Part shown: piece by piece, positions 56,994 through 64,000 of the stretch
How positions within the stretch are numbered: position 1 is the stretch's first letter
Layout: every line of letters starts with the position of its first letter
The notes under the pieces: generated by a model
Databases searched by the model: none
What the model saw: the letters and a program-made list of their open reading frames with translations, nothing else
Told to the model about the DNA's origin: nothing
NCBI GenBank assembly: GCA_051251855.1
Contig: JBPOGI010000004.1
Span: 288,001-352,000, forward strand
Length of the DNA stretch: 64,000 bases
Source: Roseibacillus sp.
Lineage (GTDB): Bacteria; Verrucomicrobiota; Verrucomicrobiia; Verrucomicrobiales; Akkermansiaceae
Direction of reading: 5' to 3'
Translations under genes and position numbers: made by a program

Positions 56994-59327
56994 CTAGTTA
57001 GGCATCAATTCGAGTTGGTAGAAGGCCTCTGGATTTGTTGCCGTTGAATCTTCAAAAGTATCCGAAGCTGCATCCGGAGCACGAGGCCCATCAACCACAG
57101 TGGGAAACCCATCTTGAAGGTTCTCTGAACGAACCAATTGGTAAGAGGCAGTTGGGTCCAGGTTCTCGAAGGAAACGACGAAGATGGAACCATTGAGTTC
57201 GCAAGAGACAATGGTGGCATCTGCAGGAGGAGGTGGAGGGATCTCATCGGTCTGACGAACTTGGATGAAGCTCATGCCCATGGTGGGGAGCGCACCCCCA
57301 ATACGAGACTCCACCAATTCGAAACTTTGCACAGTCGCAGTCGCGATGAAGCCTCCCGTGAAGAGAATCGCCGGATTTTCTGCACCTGAAAAGATGGTGT
57401 TCGTCGCTCCAACAGGGTCAGTAGCGACGTCGCCCCCGACTCCGTCAACGGTGACGAAACTTCTGGTAACGGCGCCAATACTACGATCATCTGTGCGTCC
57501 AATTTGAATCGCATAGGGAAGACCTGGAGTGAGACCAAAGATGCTCACCGTTCGCTCGGCTCCGCCATTCCAGATACTCTCGAGAAGAGGTGAGAAAGCA
57601 GGGTCTTCGTCGTCGTATAAGCTCACGTCTCCCAAACTACCCAAGGCACCGGTGATAAGGTTAGCACTCGTCCTCGGGCCAAAATTATCGATGGCACTGG
57701 CAAAAGAGATGCCGTTGACGGTTGCCGCTGGTCCATTGAGATTATCCGCAAAGAGCAAGGATCCCGAGGTGAGGAGGTCCAATTCGCTGGTTAACTCACT
57801 CGCAGTCCAAGCGATGGCGGCAAGAGTGGGCGTCGAAGTAATCTCATTAGGATCACTCCCTGCGGCCACCTCCACGCCGTCTGAGAATGTATCAAAATCG
57901 CTATCCGCATTTGTAGCGTCTGTAAGGCCTCCGTTGACTTCAACATCATCGCCCAAACCATCTCCGTCAGTATCGACGTCCGCTGGGTCTGTCACCAAGG
58001 TTGGAACTGCGGCATTCGTGGTATCGAGCTCCCCTACGCCACCAGCAGAAAAATCAGCTCCGTCGAGAAGGGTGTCTCCGTCGGTATCGTCATTGTTAGG
58101 ATCTATCCCGAACAGCTGCTCATTGAAGTTATCAACGGTGTCCATATCAGGATCTCCAAATTCGCCATTAGCGCCACTAATATCTGTTGGATCAAGACCA
58201 TTAGAGGCTTCAAAGTTATCGAGGAGAAAGTCGCCATCGGTATCATTCGAATTGGGGTTCGTTACCACGCTGATGGCGCTCCCTCCAGGCGGGGTGTAAG
58301 TGAGACTGAGGAGTTCAACCCCATCGAGAATACCATCATTGTCACTGTCTGGATTGAAAGGATCGGTCACTAAACCAGGAACACCAGGGCCACCGGTGGG
58401 GGCGTCACCTGCGCCATCGGTGAGGTAGGGATTGGCTGAGCCATCAAGCTCTGCGCCATCGTTGAGAGTGTCGTCGTCGGTGTCACTATCTTGGGGGTCG
58501 GTTCCAGCTAGGAACTCCTCCAAGTTGGTGAGTCCGTCAGGGCCACCATCGGCATCATTATCCACATCAGCATCAGCAGGATTATTAATATCAAGAGGGT
58601 TGGCAGGATCGGTATTGGCGATCTCGTATTCGTCAGGCATGCCATCGTCGTCGCTGTCGAGAATAATAGAAAGGGTGAGTTCAGGGTTATTGAAGGCAGC
58701 CGCTTGAGCTTCCAGTCGATCAATAAAGAGCACGAATCCGAAGTTGGGATTCGTGCCATCGGCCCAGCCCTGAACGATCGTGGTGACGTCGATCTCTAAG
58801 GTTTGACCTGTCGGCAAGAGGTCCTTGATGTCCGCAATAAACGGAATCGCATCGGCCGCATCGGTAATGCCATAGGTGTGAAGCGGAGGGAGAGTGGGAG
58901 TGGCCACATCGCTGTCCCAAGCTGCGGTGGTCACCCGCCCAACAGTGGCTGACGACGGTCCGTTGACCGCATTCAATTGAGCCACATACTCAAGGGTGAG
59001 GGTGGCAGAAAAATCAGGGCTGGAAAACAGAGCAGAAAGCGCCGGGTCGGTCAGGTCAAACTGGAGGAAAGAGCTGATCCGACGGTTGTTTTGTCCCGCA
59101 TTTCGTCTTTCGCGAATAGGAAAGTCGCCGGTCGTGAGGTCAGTAACGACGAGGCTGGGGGCAGTGGTTGATGCGGTGGGCCCGACATTTTGAGGAGTGA
59201 GGTTGTCTGTCACTGCGGTATCGACCGGAGCAAGGGTGACATCTGATTGAGCGTTCACCGTGAACGCAGTTGAGACAAAGCTCAGAATGCCAAGGAGACA
59301 AATGGGAATGGATTTCGACGGTTTCAT
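56994..59327 (-). CDS. Secreted TSP3-like Ca-binding repeat protein (domain B + repeats + unknown domain + C-terminal module)
   Basis: Signal peptide; RERR..Q.NRRISSFLQFD...DVTTIVQGWADGTNPNFGF (DNRLRE-like); DxDxDG repeats. Confidence 0.85.
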   Translation of the reverse strand: MKPSKSIPICLLGILSFVSTAFTVNAQSDVTLAPVDTAVTDNLTPQNVGPTASTTAPSLVVTDLTTGDFPIRERRNAGQNNRRISSFLQFDLTDPALSALFSSPDFSATLTLEYVAQLNAVNGPSSATVGRVTTAAWDSDVATPTLPPLHTYGITDAADAIPFIADIKDLLPTGQTLEIDVTTIVQGWADGTNPNFGFVLFIDRLEAQAAAFNNPELTLSIILDSDDDGMPDEYEIANTDPANPLDINNPADADVDNDADGGPDGLTNLEEFLAGTDPQDSDTDDDTLNDGAELDGSANPYLTDGAGDAPTGGPGVPGLVTDPFNPDSDNDGILDGVELLSLTYTPPGGSAISVVTNPNSNDTDGDFLLDNFEASNGLDPTDISGANGEFGDPDMDTVDNFNEQLFGIDPNNDDTDGDTLLDGADFSAGGVGELDTTNAAVPTLVTDPADVDTDGDGLGDDVEVNGGLTDATNADSDFDTFSDGVEVAAGSDPNEITSTPTLAAIAWTASELTSELDLLTSGSLLFADNLNGPAATVNGISFASAIDNFGPRTSANLITGALGSLGDVSLYDDEDPAFSPLLESIWNGGAERTVSIFGLTPGLPYAIQIGRTDDRSIGAVTRSFVTVDGVGGDVATDPVGATNTIFSGAENPAILFTGGFIATATVQSFELVESRIGGALPTMGMSFIQVRQTDEIPPPPPADATIVSCELNGSIFVVSFENLDPTASYQLVRSENLQDGFPTVVDGPRAPDAASDTFEDSTATNPEAFYQLELMPN

Positions 59328-59954
59328 GGGATTTTGGTTTTTTGGTTACCTAATATTCGCCACTTAAACTTGGATTAGGACAGTGAATCGAAAAAACTGC
59401 CGCGCTCATTTCTAACAACCGACGACGCCAAAAAAACACTTAGCAACTCTTACCACTTTAACACCTTAATTGTTTAGAGTTAGGTAATCATTTTCACGCC
59501 AGAGCAGGGCACTTTCTCAACAAAAAGAATGAACTCGACTGAAAGCCATTTTTTCTGAAAGCGAAAGAGAGCAAGACCAAATCCTTGCTAGTCTCCACTT
59601 CTCTTGCAAGCCCATTGAAAATCCCAAAATTTTTCCCCGTTTTTCCCCACAGCTTCCTCAATTGTGGCCTCAAGAGCTTACAAAAGGATCCAATATTCTC
59701 TGATTCTCAACTTTTTTCGCCCTAAGTGTCCCAATTTCGCCAGAGTAGGAGAATAAGTTTCACGGTGGACCAACTTTCGCTTCAGAAAAGTGAGAGACAA
59801 CACCTTTTTTATCCTCTTCGGGTGAACATTAATCGACAAAAAGTCAGAACTACTCAAAATAAACCATCGTATGAAACAAATAGACTGCTCGCCTTCTAGC
59901 GACTCCGGCGTTTTCTTATTGACTGCGCGCCCCCTCATCTCGCTTTCTAATAGA

Positions 59955-60733
59955 ATGAGCCCAATTCATCTTCCGCTTTTGTCTCTCGGTTTTGTCTCTC
60001 GGTTTTGTCTCTCGGTTTTGTCTGCGTTACTGCCTCTCTCGCTCAATCCGCTTCGTTTTTTCCAACCGTGGTGACCTCAGTTGATGATTTAGGAGACACC
60101 GCGCCAACCGCAGGAAATATTGGGGAACCACAAGTGAGTAACGGCATGGGCGGTTTTGTCCCCACCGGTAACGCTTTCACGGTCGCGGCCCGGTCGCGCA
60201 CCAACCTCAACCAGAATAACCGGCAAATCGTAACCGTTGTCGATTTTAATGTGAGCTCCTTGACTATCGCTGAGGTGAGTGATCCAGCCTTCGTGGCGAC
60301 CCTTGCTTTGGACTATGTTGGGCAGTTAAACGATCTCAATGGTCCCATTGGGGTTTCGGTCGGACAGGTGGCTTCGAATGCCGCGCTGAATTTTGATTTA
60401 GGCTATGATGACGGCGACGGAGGCAGCACCGCAGGAACGATTGCACTCAACACAACAACGATTCTGGACGTTGGGGCTGGCGCTACTCCTAGCGGTGCGG
60501 TAGCGACTGGCGACAGTGTCCCATACACGGTAGATGTCACCCCCATCATCGTTGATTGGTTCAATAATCCGACTAATAACAATGGGCTTATCTTTTTCAT
60601 GGACGATGCCGGCGCAGCACAGGGCGCTTACTTTAACAACCTGCAAATCACCACTGCGGTGCCTGAACCTTCCACTGCATTGCTTGGTTGCTTAGCGCTT
60701 GCGGGACTGATTGGTGCACGGAAGCGAGGCTAG
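59955..60733 (+). CDS. PEP-CTERM surface protein, currently frameshifted in its signal peptide by a tandem repeat
   Basis: C-terminal VPEPSTALLGCLALAGLIGARKRG sorting signal. ATG 59955 is out of frame with the body by 26 bp, equal to two extra repeat units. TTG 60005 is an alternative in-frame start. Confidence 0.85.
59977..60023 (+). repeat. 13-bp tandem repeat (TTTTGTCTCTCGG) x3 plus an 8-bp partial copy
   Basis: Exact copies at 59977, 59990 and 60003; partial TTTTGTCT at 60016. Confidence 0.95.
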
Positions 60734-60772
60734 AGTTCAGTATATTTCTTTCTCAAGCATCGAATTCTTTCG

Positions 60773-60802
60773 AAAAGGCCACCTCGTTTGAGGTGGCTTT
60801 TT
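60773..60802 (+). terminator. Rho-independent terminator, possibly bidirectional
   Basis: AAAAGGCCACCTC-gttt-GAGGTGGCTTTTT. Confidence 0.85.
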
Positions 60803-60985
60803 GTTGCAATCAGCTTTTCAGAGCAGACTATAGTTTCCAAAAATTCTGTGATCTAGTTGACCCTGATAGTTGACCGAAAGGCTGCACAATCGGCTGGAAT
60901 TTTACGGAACGAAATTACCAGTGGCACCGAGAATGCAGAATGCCTTCTCCGGCTCCTAGTGAAGGGGTCCTCTCCTCAAAACTGC

Positions 60986-61201
60986 TCACTTTTCCTCTTC
61001 AGATTCCTTCTTCTTGTCTCCATCCTTTAACGGCCATTGCATCGCAAAGTGAAAGAGAACCGGAGTCGCAATCGCCATCGAGAGAATCATAAAGACGAAG
61101 CCGATATTTGCTCCCATTGCCGCAAACAGCGCCCCGATACCCGCTAGGCCCACACAGCCGTAGAAAATCTGCTTCAAGAGGGGATCGTATTGTCCAGCCA
61201 T
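60986..61201 (-). CDS. Small two-TM membrane protein
   Basis: MAGQYDP...; two hydrophobic helices and a charged tail; divergent from carB. Confidence 0.6.
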   Translation of the reverse strand: MAGQYDPLLKQIFYGCVGLAGIGALFAAMGANIGFVFMILSMAIATPVLFHFAMQWPLKDGDKKKESEEEK

Positions 61202-61328
61202 ATCCAAACCTTAGCCCAAATTGAATTCTCCTCCAATCAACTCTACAGGTTGCCCCAAAAATATCCGACAACGCTTGACCACCCGCTCCCCAGTTGGCAG
61301 TACAACGAAGATTTAGCCAACAGCCTGC

Positions 61329-64000
<2,672 letters not shown>

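Noticed and set aside
59977..60023. Possible CRISPR array
   Set aside because: Units are 13 bp and directly adjacent with no spacers; no cas genes in the window.
60854..60875. TAGTTGACC direct repeat x2
   Set aside because: Lies between convergent gene ends with no promoter context; may be chance.

Overview
Bacterial chromosomal window, most likely from a marine Verrucomicrobiota/PVC organism. This is inferred from a PEP-CTERM protein, secreted proteins carrying DxDxDG repeats, sulfatases, several prepilin-like proteins and an ECF-sigma/Ser-Thr kinase pair. About 1-44 kb is mostly housekeeping and metabolic genes: an AhbA/B-like fusion, Dus, SWIM-SNF2 helicase, glpK, Aas-like acyltransferase, PspA, frr, pyrH, suhB-like IMPase, ispF and a class 3 FBPase. 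It also holds two pilin clusters, a MenA1/MenT1-like toxin-antitoxin pair and a lipoprotein peroxiredoxin. About 44.5-60.8 kb is an accessory island: two copies of a [repeat protein > terminator > multidomain sulfatase] unit flank the ECF/kinase pair, with a divergent PEP-CTERM gene at the end. carB runs off the right end and a CBM6 protein off the left end; the ORF track misses both. Strongest observations: (1) the peroxiredoxin's catalytic Cys codon is UGA followed by a SECIS-like hairpin (probable selenoprotein); (2) the kinase has the WNK-type displaced catalytic lysine; (3) a 13-bp tandem repeat frameshifts the PEP-CTERM signal peptide (candidate phase variation); (4) the sulfatase units show domain shuffling; (5) a shared C-terminal module on unrelated secreted proteins may be a sorting signal. 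No rRNA, tRNA, CRISPR array or intact transposase was seen. All family assignments come from motif recognition by eye; no database searches were run.
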